Virus record (IMG/VR): IMGVR_UViG_3300042298_002142
Span: 1 to 47,372 of that record
Length of the DNA stretch: 47,372 bases
Source: a virus
Taxonomy: Duplodnaviria; Caudoviricetes
Reading direction: 5' to 3' (one strand)
Below, piece by piece: positions 17,923-29,600 of this stretch (positions are counted from its first letter, which is position 1; each line of letters opens with the position of its first letter). Below the pieces are notes generated by a model. That model saw only the letters and a program-made list of their open reading frames with translations. It ran no database searches and had not been told where the DNA came from. Position numbers and translations under genes: made by a program.

Positions 17923-18861
17923 ATGGACACCCGCCTCACACTCGCCGACGTTCGCCCGATTTTGGGGCCGATGATCAACTCGTCGGACCTGAATGACCCG
18001 TTGATCCTGCAAAGAATCAACGAGGGCGAGGAACGGCTCATCAACAGTGGTAAGTGGAAGGGCTGCATTGTCACCCTTCGGTTCGAGTCCTCCTCCGGGT
18101 TCGTCACGATGCCTTATAACTTTGCCGCTGCTTTGGCGTTGACGTATGACCGCTACCCTTTTCCCATCTTCACGCAGTTCCACCAGTACGTCGAAGAAGG
18201 TCCGGGCAAGATGGACGAGGCGCTCAACTGGCCCGGCATCCTCATCGACCTCGGCGACGGGTATTGCACACAAGCCGACATCCCGGCTGCGGGAGTCGTC
18301 CGCATCTACTCCTCGGCGCTCGACAACGGTGACGTGGTGCGTGTGTATGGAAACCTCAACGGTGTCACGGTGTATGATTCGAGCGGCAATGAAGGCGAAG
18401 CGGTGACGCTCGCCGCCCCGTTCGTCGCTACCACCAACCAGTTCACCGAGATCACCGGCTTCACCAAACCGCTCACCACGGCACGGGTGTATGCCAAAAG
18501 TTGGGACGGTGTCACTGAGACGTTGGTGGGAACCTACCAGCCGAACGAAACGAGGCCGTGCTATCGTCGCTACCAGACCGGAGTGGCGGAGAAAGAAATC
18601 CGTCTCATCTGCCATCGCCGGTTCATCCCCACGGTTGCTGAGACCGACTGGATCATTCCCGGCAACATCTCTGCTTTGCGAGCGATCATACAGTCACTCC
18701 TCTTTGAGGATGCTTCCGACATGGACGCTGCCGACGCCTCATTTGCCAGAGCCATCAGTTTCCTCAACGACGAGGCCAAGACTTTCCGTGGAGGCGGTCG
18801 CGCCACTCTCAACACCAACCCGACTCCGTGGACAGCCACACTGAGCCAAAACGTGACCTGA
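17923..18861 (+). CDS. Head-tail adaptor / tail tubular protein A-like
   Basis: LTLADVR..ILQRINEGEERLI..W.G N-terminus and a helical C-terminus, typical of podoviral adaptors. Confidence 0.55.
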   Translation: MDTRLTLADVRPILGPMINSSDLNDPLILQRINEGEERLINSGKWKGCIVTLRFESSSGFVTMPYNFAAALALTYDRYPFPIFTQFHQYVEEGPGKMDEALNWPGILIDLGDGYCTQADIPAAGVVRIYSSALDNGDVVRVYGNLNGVTVYDSSGNEGEAVTLAAPFVATTNQFTEITGFTKPLTTARVYAKSWDGVTETLVGTYQPNETRPCYRRYQTGVAEKEIRLICHRRFIPTVAETDWIIPGNISALRAIIQSLLFEDASDMDAADASFARAISFLNDEAKTFRGGGRATLNTNPTPWTATLSQNVT

Positions 18862-18862
18862 C

Positions 18863-20596
18863 ATGGCAGACGCACTCACCAGATTTGGTCTCTCCCGCCG
18901 CCCCGCCAGCGAGTTGTTCGGAGAAGCCCCACGTCCGAAGCGCTCCTTCGCGTTCGACATGCTTGGCACTCCAGATGTGTCTGCTCCGGGGTGGGGCATG
19001 GCTGCCCGTCGCGGTGTGGAAGAGCATCAAGCAGCCCTCGACGAGGAAGCGGCTATCGCGGAAGAACGGGCGTCACTGGAAGACAGGCGCATGGCCCGCG
19101 AGAGAGAGCGTGAAGCGGAAAGGGTTGCTGACAAGTTCACGACCATCCGCAATCCGAGCGCCCGTGAGAAGTTCTTCGACGAGAACGAAGCCGCCATGGC
19201 TGGGTCGAAGCGTTACAACCAACTCGCCGAAATCCGTCAGCGCCAACCGAGCTTCGCCGACAACGTCCTTGCCAAAAACCTCGCCGCCAAGATCGACGAT
19301 CCCGACGAGCGGAACGTGTTTCTTGGGGCGGTGGCGAAAGGGGCGGGCACGCTTGCCGCTCGTGAGGAGGCGGACCGTTTTAGGATTCGCCGCCAACAGG
19401 CAGCACGTCTTGGTGAGGCTGGCTACAGCCCCGACGAGGCAGACGAGATTCTGGCGAAGGGGGTCGATGAGGCCCGCGTCAACTACGCCATCGCGCAGCG
19501 GAAGAACGAGTCGTCGTTCTCGAAAGACCCTCAAGCCCGAGCATTGGAAAGCTACTACCGCGTCGTGAAAGACCGCGCCCGAGCGGAGGAAAACAGGAAC
19601 GGCAGCGTTTCTGATGAGACAGAGGCAGAGATTCTCCGCGTTTCGTCCCTGCTTGGAAGCAAGTACAAGATGATCGCTGAACCCCCTGCCCCGGCAACCG
19701 CTCCACCACCCGTTCCAGTGGGGACGGGCACCGTGTTGCGCCCCCAAGCTGGAACCACGCCACCTGCTGGACAAAGTTTCAAGCAAGTCATGACTACGGG
19801 CAACAAACCTCCGGCAGTCGTTGCCGAGCCACAGGAGATCGAGCAGCAGTTAGAGCAGGAGATCAACTCCCCCGCCAACGACGAGAACTTCTACACCAAT
19901 CTTATCTCTAATCCAAATGTCTCGGCCAACGCTAAGCAGCAGGCATTGGAGAAGTTTCGCGCTTTCGTGGCGAATCCACCCACCAACCCCTCTTTGACTC
20001 TGTCGCAGGTGTTCGCTCGCAAACAGGATCTTCAGAATAAGCTCGAAGAAGCCGAGAAGGAAGTTGAGTTTCAACCCGTTCGTGAAAAGTACAATGAGGC
20101 GTGGTCCCAAGCTAAGGGAGAGATGGACGCTCTTGTGGACAGCTTTGCAAAATCGCTCGGAGTGAACAAGCAGGCAGTCATCAACTCTATGGCAGCGGGC
20201 GAGAGGCTGTCGGTTCCAGGCAGAGAAACCGCCAACGCCGACCAAGGAGGGGTGTCCATCCCCCAACTGCTGGCCGAACATTGGGAACGTACGCGTGGGC
20301 AGCAACGAGAGCCAGGAGTTGGTCCGAACGCAGTATGGTCGCAGAAAGCAAAAACGCTGGAAGGCTTCGCAGACTCCCCTTTTGCCAGCCGTCTCGGAGA
20401 AAAGTTTGGCCCGATCTCCACAGCTAAGACGTATGGAGATGTTCTGGACGCTTATTTAAAGGAGCAAGGAAAAGCACCTCCCACTCAGCAAGCCGCGCCC
20501 GTCGAGGTGGCCGAAGTGACAACGCGAGAAGAGGTCGAGTCCCTTCCTGTGGGTACGAAGTTCAAAGGTCCAGACGGCAAAATCCGAATCAGGTAA
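18863..20596 (+). CDS. Internal virion (ejection) protein, putative
   Basis: Helical A/E/R-rich; C-terminal EEVESLPVGTKFKGPDGKIR motif; precedes the giant protein. Confidence 0.55.
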   Translation: MADALTRFGLSRRPASELFGEAPRPKRSFAFDMLGTPDVSAPGWGMAARRGVEEHQAALDEEAAIAEERASLEDRRMAREREREAERVADKFTTIRNPSAREKFFDENEAAMAGSKRYNQLAEIRQRQPSFADNVLAKNLAAKIDDPDERNVFLGAVAKGAGTLAAREEADRFRIRRQQAARLGEAGYSPDEADEILAKGVDEARVNYAIAQRKNESSFSKDPQARALESYYRVVKDRARAEENRNGSVSDETEAEILRVSSLLGSKYKMIAEPPAPATAPPPVPVGTGTVLRPQAGTTPPAGQSFKQVMTTGNKPPAVVAEPQEIEQQLEQEINSPANDENFYTNLISNPNVSANAKQQALEKFRAFVANPPTNPSLTLSQVFARKQDLQNKLEEAEKEVEFQPVREKYNEAWSQAKGEMDALVDSFAKSLGVNKQAVINSMAAGERLSVPGRETANADQGGVSIPQLLAEHWERTRGQQREPGVGPNAVWSQKAKTLEGFADSPFASRLGEKFGPISTAKTYGDVLDAYLKEQGKAPPTQQAAPVEVAEVTTREEVESLPVGTKFKGPDGKIRIR

Positions 20597-20600
20597 CATT

Positions 20601-23600
20601 ATGGCGGACACTCCTTCATGGCTTGCCGAATACCCCGAGGCTGCTGAAAAAGATTGGCTCAACGAGTATCCAGAGGCAAAAGACGAACCTTTCTTCGACC
20701 TCTCAGACACATTGTCTGCCGCAGGGCAGGCAGTCACGGGCTTGCCTACAACCGTGCCTCGGGCTTTCAGGCAACTTTACGAAGGTCTCGAAAACCCGTG
20801 GGAACGTGGAGAAGGGTATCTGAAATCTCAAGAAGCCGCCGACGCCTACCAGCAGGAGTTGGAAGCCGCCAACCTGGAAGCCGAGAAATCCGGCGACATC
20901 TCCACCATGTCTCGCGGCATGCGTCAAGCTGGGCAGTCTCTCGGCTTTAGTGCCGGAGCTATGGGCGCAGGTCTCATCGCCAGCACTCCATCTGCGGCTG
21001 CTGGCAGGACTATTGGCGGTCTGGCTGGCCCTGAAGGGGCGGTTGCTGGTGAAATCATTGGACGCGGTGCCGGTGCGCTCGCTTCAGGCTACGGCGCTGC
21101 CTACCGTATGGCTGGAGCGCAGTTCCTCGACGACGCCCGCAAAGAGATCGACGCCAAGTTTTTACAAGTCACGGGCGAACTGCCGAACGAGCAGCAGCAG
21201 GAAGAAGCGTATCAAGAACTCTTGCCGTTGGCGCAGGCGTTCGGGCACGCGGAAGCCGGTCCAGAAGCCATCGGCAACCTCGCCATGGCTGGGGCTGGTA
21301 AGTATGTGTTCGGCCTCGGGCGTAAAACCATTGAAAAACTGGCGGCGAGCGCCTTGGGCAAAACCGGGGCTGCGGCGGGAGCACTCGGCACCGAGCTTGC
21401 AGGCGAGACCATCACAGGAGTTGAGCAAAACCGCATCGACTCGCAGAAGAAGGACATCCTCGAAGGGCGAGACCCTTCAGAACTGCCTTCTCGGGAGATG
21501 GAAGACTACCTCAAATCGTTCAAAGAGGTGGCCCCAGCAACGCTCGCCACCATGGGCTTGATGAGTGTGGCCCCTGCCACCGTCAAAGCCGCCAGCCTCA
21601 TCCGTGGGAAACCTGCGGAAGCGGCTCCCACCGACGACTTTGCCCAACGTGCCGCTATGGAAGGCGCAGTGGGGGAAGCTACCCCCGTCGAAGTGGAAGG
21701 CGTCGTCATCGCCACCATTCCCCCGGAGTCCGACATGACTCCCGAAGACGTGCTCGACTTTGCCAACAGTCCCGAGGACATGGCAATGCTCGCCCGCAAT
21801 GGCAAGATTACACTCCCCGAAGTGGTGGAGCCTATCGACGGCGTTGACCCTGCGATTACCGAAGAGATGGACGCCCGACTTGCAGAGGGCAAGGCTTCTG
21901 GTTTGGCGGATCAAACTTTGGCTGAATTGGAGAGGCAGAAAGCTGCGCAGGGAGCGCCTGCCCCCACTGCCGAAGCACCCGCCCCCACTGCGCCTGTTGA
22001 GTTGCCAGATGTCGAATCTGGAATCATTGATGCAAGGATAGATTTGCCCCGTTTACAGGCGGCCATACAGCAGAAGCCAGATGGAAAAACAAGCGGCCCT
22101 CGTGTTACCGACGTAGTTGCTAACAATGATTTTGCTAAAAATGGAGGGTGGAAGCTGCATCTTTCCGTCACTCCAGAGAACTATCAAGCAGTTGATGAGT
22201 GGTTGCATAAAAACCACAAAGGTCAGTATAAACTTCTAAGCGGTGGATCACCAGAAGAAGGGTCTGATTTCACCGTTTATGTTGGTCATAAAGATGCCGC
22301 CAACGATCTTGCGTCCAAGATTGAATCTGAAATTGGAAACCTTCTAAACCCGTTTGAGAGCGGTCCAGCAAAGGACGCTCAGTTTAATGCCAAGGTTGGT
22401 GGGCGTTTTGATGTTGCACGCACTGGAAACATTAAAGATGTTCCATGGAATTATGCTGGCATGAGTGGCGTTCCATTTGATGAGACGGCCATGGAGGCTA
22501 TCAACAACATTGGTGAAGCTCCCAAAACACGAGAGCAGTTTGCCGCAAAAGCCGCTCCAGAAATTGAGCGAATCAATAAGCAGTTGGTCGCCAAATACGG
22601 AGACCGCTACACTGGATCAAAAACACCTGCCCCCGTTGCCGAAGCACCCGCCCCCACTGCCGAAACTCTTGGTGTCACAGCGCCACTAGCCCCGACGCTG
22701 GAAACCCCCGAAGGCGCGGCACGCAACGCCGACATGCTCCGTCAAGCCGCTGCCCGTGTGGCAGGCACCGAGCGGGGGCCACGAGTTGGCCTGATTCCAC
22801 AACCAAGTGTAAAGTTGAATTTGACTCCTGACGAAACCAGCGGCACAGGTGCGGCGATGAAAGAAGAAAATCAACAGACCGAGAGTGGGGTGGTTCACAA
22901 GGCCGCCGTGCTTTCTAGTATTAACAGCAAATCATCAGTCTCCGCCGAAGCCGTTGACACCTACAAGATCGCCCTTCCCGAAGGCTACGTCAAACAAGGC
23001 GATCTTTACGTCTTCAAATCCCCAGCCGCTACCGAAGGCGCGGTCATGCCGGGAGGCAGTGCTCCTGCTCCTGCTACAACACTATCACGCGGCAAACCCA
23101 GAGAAAGCATCGTTTTCAAAACGCCGGTAAAGACACCTCTTGGTGAGGTGGTTGGCTATTCATGGTCCAGTCAGCTTGTGGAGGACGTGGACAATATGGG
23201 CGAGCCAGTCCTTCGCCGCATCTCTAACTGGGAAGAGGCGACCAACAATGCCGAGACAGGGCGCGACATCGTTCACAAGTTCCTAATCAGGAAGCCAGAC
23301 GGCACAACTTCCGAAGTGTCTCTTGAGAGCACTTTCGGCAAGATGACCGACAGCGACAAGAAGACCATCAAAGCCGTTGTCTCTGCGGCTAAAAGACTGC
23401 CCTTCATGCGCGCAGAACTGGCAGAGCTTCAAGACTTGCAGAAGCAGGCAGAGGCAGACTACCAACGGACGCAGAAGCTCACACCCGACCCAACGAAGTT
23501 GGAACTGCGGGAGCCAGACGTAAAATGGCGGGCTGAAAAAGGTGACAAGGTAGCCTATCTCGGCGGGGTGTTTATCGGCTTTGTCGAGAGCGGCAACATC

Positions 23601-26600
23601 AACGCTAAAGGTGAACTGGCTAACAAAGCCAAGTTCGTGTATGACAACGCTTGGAAGTGGCAAGGTGCGCAGCGCAAGGTTCAGATGACCGAAGCGCAGA
23701 AAGACCGTTTGAAGTCTCTCACTCGCAACGTTAAAAAAGCTGAAGAACTCTTGAAGAGTGAAAATGTTGAAGTCGCGAAAGTGATAACCGATGAGCAACC
23801 AACTTCGCTGGCTGAAGCAGGTCCACCTGCTGCGGAAATGAAGACCCCCTCTGCGACGGCAGATCAGCCAGCCCCAATTTCTAAGGAAGAACCTACCAAT
23901 ACTCAGCGTGGACAGCGAGGGCGTGTGGCTGTTGGCGTACCACCCCGCGATACTGGAGCTACTGATACCCCTAAAAGACCCTCGCTCGGAAGCACCGGAA
24001 AACAAATCATCGACGCTTGGCGATCCCTTCAAGGAGTACAAGTCGCCCCCGGAGAAACCGTTGTCGGGTGGGACGTAAACGGAGGAGGAACCTATGCCTT
24101 CATCAACAATAAACTTGTCAAACTGAAGAGAGACAACAAGGGTTTCGAGTCCACTTACACCGACGCCACTGATGCGGACTGGCAAGAGGTCAGTGATGCG
24201 CTTGACCGTGGTGCTCTCCAAGTGGAAGTACGGAAGATCACAGGGTTGGGTAACTACCCAAAAGTAGATGCAGGTAAGACTGTCAAAGTTCTTCACCAAG
24301 CTACTGGGAAACCTCTGCAAGAGTTTCTGGATACACCAGAAGGGGCAGCCTATGAAGCCCGAATGCAGAAAGCGGTTGCTGAAAGAGGCCCGAAAGAGTC
24401 CCCTGCCCCACAGGCCCAGCAGCCAGCGCCCCAGCGTGACACGTCGAAGCCAGAGCAGATGACGCCGGAGGAGTTTGCCTCTTCTGAGCGCGACCCTGAA
24501 CTGCCAAAGAACTATGTGCTTTCAGATGGCAACGGCAATTTTGTAACCGAAGAGAAGAATGGATGGTTCAGAGTTTGGAGGCTGACAGGTACGCACGCAA
24601 CATTGGCGGGAACGGTAGGCTTCAAAGGCGCTGAAGGGCTAGCCAAAGCTAAGGCACGTCTGAAAGAAGTCAGCGCTGAGAGGCACGAAGAAAAGCTACA
24701 GAATGGTCTTCGCACAAAGAAACCAGTCTCCGCCGCCGCCGTTGACGCCTACGGAATCAAGCTGCCAGAAGGCTACGTCAAGCAAGGCGACCTTTACATC
24801 TTTCAGCCTTCGTCAGAGAAATCTGACTTGGGCGCAGGTGCCGCTACAACTCCTTCAACGGAGCCATTGAAAGTAACAACACCGGAGGCTGGAAAATCTC
24901 CCCAAACCGCAAAGGTAGCCACCGAGTGGACGCCAACCGTCAATGCTCCTGCCGCTTTCACCGCCAATAACGGACAGAAACTCGTAGGCACCGTGCAGTC
25001 GATTGAGGGCGGTAAAGCCGTCGTGAGCTTCTCGTGGAACGGCCAGACTCAGAAGGCGACCGTTCGCCCTGATCGCCTTTCCAGCCCGGTTGCCTCGCTC
25101 ACTGATCCGCCGCGATACCAATACACGCAGGAGCAGAACACGCGAAAGATGGCGAAACACTTCCCATCGGCTCCCGGTGTTCACGCCAATCACGACTTCC
25201 GCAAGTCCTTCGCCTCCATGGCAAAGGACGCGTCGTTGTCGCGCATCTACCGGCAGATCGCCAAGGAGCTGTCGAAGATGTCCGCGTTCGCGAACGTGGA
25301 TCTTCACGTCGTCGCCGACGAGAACACGCGCTACGCAGGCGAGTATTCCCACAGCAACGGCAAGTCAGCCATCGCGGTCAACCTGCGGCAGGTCGGACGT
25401 GGCATGGTCGATGCCCTCGGCACCATCCTGCATGAGGCGCTTCACCACGTCACACTGGCGAAGGTGCGCGATCCGCAGGGGGCTTGGGAGAACGAAGTCT
25501 TTAACAAGCTCGACACCATCCGCGAGAAGGTGTTGGAGTATGCCAAGGAAAAAGGTCTATACGATAGGCTGGACTACGAGCTTGACACTGTGGAGGAGTT
25601 CATCTCTGCCCTCACCAACCCCAACTTCCAGAACTTCCTCGCCTCGATCCCCGACAGTTTCTCGACTGGTGTGTCTGTGGGCAAGTTCCGCTCGGTGCTC
25701 TCCGAAGTGTTCCGCCTCATTGCCGAGTGGATCAAAGGCGAGCCGGTTGCCAGGGGCAGCACGATGGAGCAATACTTTACGACCGTGCTCGCGACCTTCG
25801 AGACTCCGCACCGCGCCTGGGACACGGGCAAGTTGGAAGCGTTGAACGCGGTGCAGAGCGGGGCACAGCAGGCGACTCCCGAGTCAATCCGTCACGCCGA
25901 GTTGGAGGCCAAGTTCAACGCCGGAACGATCACGCCTGAAGAGACTGCGGAGGCGCGGCGGTTGGTGGGTGAGCGGGCGAAGGCGGCTGGGTATGACGTG
26001 GGACCGGTGTACCATGGTACAGAGCAGAAAGGTTTGACCGAGTTTTACGGCGGTTGGTGGTCTGACACAAAGAAGGTCACACGCGAGTTTGGTTCTCAGA
26101 GGTATTCAGCATATTTGAAGGGGCCGCTAGCGGATGGAGATACTCTTCGACAGCTTTACAAAGAGTACAACGGCACTGACATCGACCAAGACTCGGATGA
26201 GCCTCTGTACGATAGCGAAATTGGGGATGCCGCCATGGCTGGTTCTAAGTTTCAAGAACTTGTGCGCAGCAAGGGATACCAAGGAATAGAGGTGTGGGAT
26301 GAGAGCAACGCCGAGACAGGGATGGCTTACGCTGTTTTTGAACCGAACCAAATCAAATCCGCCGACCCCTTCACCGGGGTTCCGCTCGACCAGCGTTTCG
26401 ATGAGAAGTCCAACGACATCCGGGCATCCCGTGCCGAGGGCAGAGGATACCGCTCCCCCACCGACATGCTCGCGGAGGCAGCGCAGAAGGCCAGAGGTGA
26501 AACCGTGGGAACCAAGCCGCAGGGACTCGCCAGCATGTTCAACCCGCAGGCCAAACGCCCGGCCACCGGGGAGCGCAAGTTGCTGGACATGCCACAAACT

Positions 26601-29600
26601 ATCAATCTGCCACAAGCTGATAGCAAACTGATAGCAAACGCCTATCGCGAGGCCGTGCGTGGCTCCAGCACGCAGATGGCTCCGCTCTCCACCGTCTATG
26701 CGCAGGCTCGGCTGCTTCAACCCGGACTCACGCCCGAGACGTTCTTGGCACAGGTGCAGGAAGGCTACGACAACGGCACGCTGTTGCTCGAAGGCGCGGG
26801 CAGCCAGCAAGAAGCCGCACAGTCCAGCCTATCGCTGCCGGGTACTCCCGTGGGAACGGCTGTGCGTATGATGCCAGCACCGCAGGGGACGTTGAAGAGT
26901 AAGGCCGACGACGGCGAACCACCTATCATCGACATCGGCGGCGAAGCAGAACCTGCGGACGGTCCTGAGTTTGCCTTCACTCGCGCTCGCTTTGCTCCGC
27001 CAAAACCGGAGGACCAAATGTATCAAGTCCATTCGGACGAGGAAGCTACCAAGAAAGCCTTTGCCTGGATCAACGCCGTTGGCCCACTCCGGGCTGCCGA
27101 CCTGTTGATGGCAGACCGTGCGCCGAGCGACATGGACCTCAACGTGAAGAACATCGTCATGGGTGGTCTGCTCAAAGGTTTCACAGAGATTTCGATAGAC
27201 CCCAACGCCAGTGAGGACGAGAAAACGGTCGCACGCGCCACCAATCAACGGCTTGGGAAGTATCGAGTACGGATGAACCAAGACGCCGCCCGTGGCATGC
27301 GTCAGATTGGAGTGCAGAACGGTGCAGTGCTTCAACTCATCGCCCCTATTCTTGCAGTGGAAGAGGTGCTCGCAGATCACGGAGAGAAGATTCTGGAGGA
27401 TCAGTTCGAGGGAGGATCGGAAGGTGCGGCTCCGCGAGTAGCCGGTGCTGCCGAGACGGCCACTGCCGAAGCCGACGAACGATTGGAGAACATCATCCGT
27501 CGATTGATGGGCAGCCTGCGTCCAAAGCAAACCTCTGTTGGTGCGCTCGCCCGCATGTTCCGTGGTATGGGACAGCGTGACCAGATCATCGACGAAGTAG
27601 CCAAAGCCTTGATGCTCAAAGCCCGTGGCAACGTGGTCGCTCCCGAACGGAAGACCGCGCTTGCCAATTTGGTGAGCAGCCTTAAAAGCACTCTCGCAGC
27701 CAGTGTGAAGGGTGAGAAGAAGCCCGCGCCCGAGCGCACGCTGCAAGACCTGCTGACCAGCGCATTCGTCAATCAGGTGTCTGAGGGTCCGGCGTTTGAA
27801 TCAGCGTGGAAAGAGGGTCGTCAAAAAGTGCTCGACATGCTGATTGATATGGAGTTGGACAAAACTTTCCATCCAGCCCAAAAGCGTCTGGCCGATCTTC
27901 GTGCCAAACTCACCTATTTGGAGGCTGGAAGTGCCGAACAGCAGGAAGCCAGTGCCGCAGAACGCGCTCAACTCGCCGACCAGATCAAGGTTGCCAAGGT
28001 GGAAACGAAAGCCGCTATGGATGCGGTCAAGGCAATGACGCCTCAACTCGAAGCGCAGCGCGATGCGTTGATGCCCGCCGCTCCAACGGTGGCGTTTGAC
28101 CCCGTGTCTTCCCGTGAAGCGATTGGCCGTGCATTTGAGAAGGCAGGTTACACCGCCGACTTGGCAACGGGTCTGGACAAGTCCGGCAAACGCACTCTCA
28201 GCATCAAAGACGCGCTGCTCAACCGTCAACGCGCCGCTGACGCCGTGATAAAAGTGTTCGACGCGGAGATGCAAGTCCCGGACGCCGCGACTCAAAACGA
28301 TTGGCCGCAAGCCCGCGCCCTTGCACTCAAGGCGGTCAACGAGACTCTCGACTCGTGGCAGGCGCAGACAGACGCCGACAAAGTGGCGAAGCTAGAAGCC
28401 GCCAAGCAGAGTCTTCTCAGCGAGGACTCCAAAGCTCTTGAGAAGCTGGTTAACTCCATCCGCAATAGAATCCTCCCCGACTCAGATTGGTCTGACATTC
28501 TCTACGACCTGCCGCGCACACAGGCGGAACGTCTTGCCGCCATCAAGGACCGTGTCGCCAAACATGAGGCACTGAAGAACCTCACCCCGGATGAGTCGAA
28601 AAAGTTGGCGGAGAGCATCGACAAACTGTGGCAGCGCGAAAGACTCAAAGCGTTCCAAGACGAACTCTTCAAAGCTGGCGTCCTGAAAGCCAAGACCACC
28701 AAGGCTGTTGCGAACGTGGCGTCTGCTGCTCCCGAGCTTCTCCGACTCATGAACCTGGGAGTGTTCAACTCCAGCACTTTCCGCGAAGCGATCTCCAAAC
28801 GGTTCGGCTTGAAGCTCCTGACCGGCGTTCAGGCCGATGCTTTGCGCAAGCTGGCAGCCGAAGCGTGGGGCAGTCCCCAAGGCGTCCTGCGCAATCAGAA
28901 ACTCGGCCAATTGGTTGAAGGCATCCAGCACGCCACTGGTGCGAACTGGGCAGACGTGATGAACTCCTACTGGATCGCCAGTGTTCTTAGCGGTTTGCGC
29001 ACTCACTTCGACACCTGGGGAGGTGTCGTGAATGGTCTCGGCACCAACCTCATTCAAGCAGGAGTCCAACTGTCGAAGGGCAGAGGGGTTGCCGCTTTCG
29101 ACATCCAGGCTCAATGGTGGAAAGGATTGTTCACCGGACTCAATGAAGCCCTGTATCTCCTGCGCACCGGAGACCCCTCATTCACCAAGCGTTTTGAGGC
29201 CGATCTTATCGACGCTCTGAATGGCGAGAAGACCGCGCACCCCATTGCCATCGGCGAGAAGATGTGGAAAAGCGGCAGCCTGCTCCAGAAGATTCCCGGC
29301 GCTCTGATGATGGTGGTCGGTCGTAGCATGGTCGCCGCCGACCACGTGAACAACACCGCCACCACGCAGGGAGCGATGGCCGTGGCTCGGGCGATGAATC
29401 CTGAGCTTTATGAAGGCAAGACATCTTGGACTCAGAAGGAGATCGCCGACGCTCGCAAGCAGGCGATTGCCGAGGCCACGGCAGGAGCGGAACCCGCGAC
29501 CAAATTTGAACGCATGCTGGTCGCCAAGCGCACTCGCGAAATTCTTAACGCCGGGCTGACCGAGGCAGACCAGATGGCTGCTTCTGAAGTAGGAGACATC

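Noticed and set aside
20616-20680. WLAEYPEA/WLNEYPEA tandem at the giant protein N-terminus
   Set aside because: Short acidic-aromatic N-terminal repeats are common in podoviral ejection proteins; not distinctive by itself
21957-24803. Repeat pairs as DGR template/variable repeats or IS ends
   Set aside because: Differences are not adenine-specific and no RT or transposase is present; treated as recombination hinges instead
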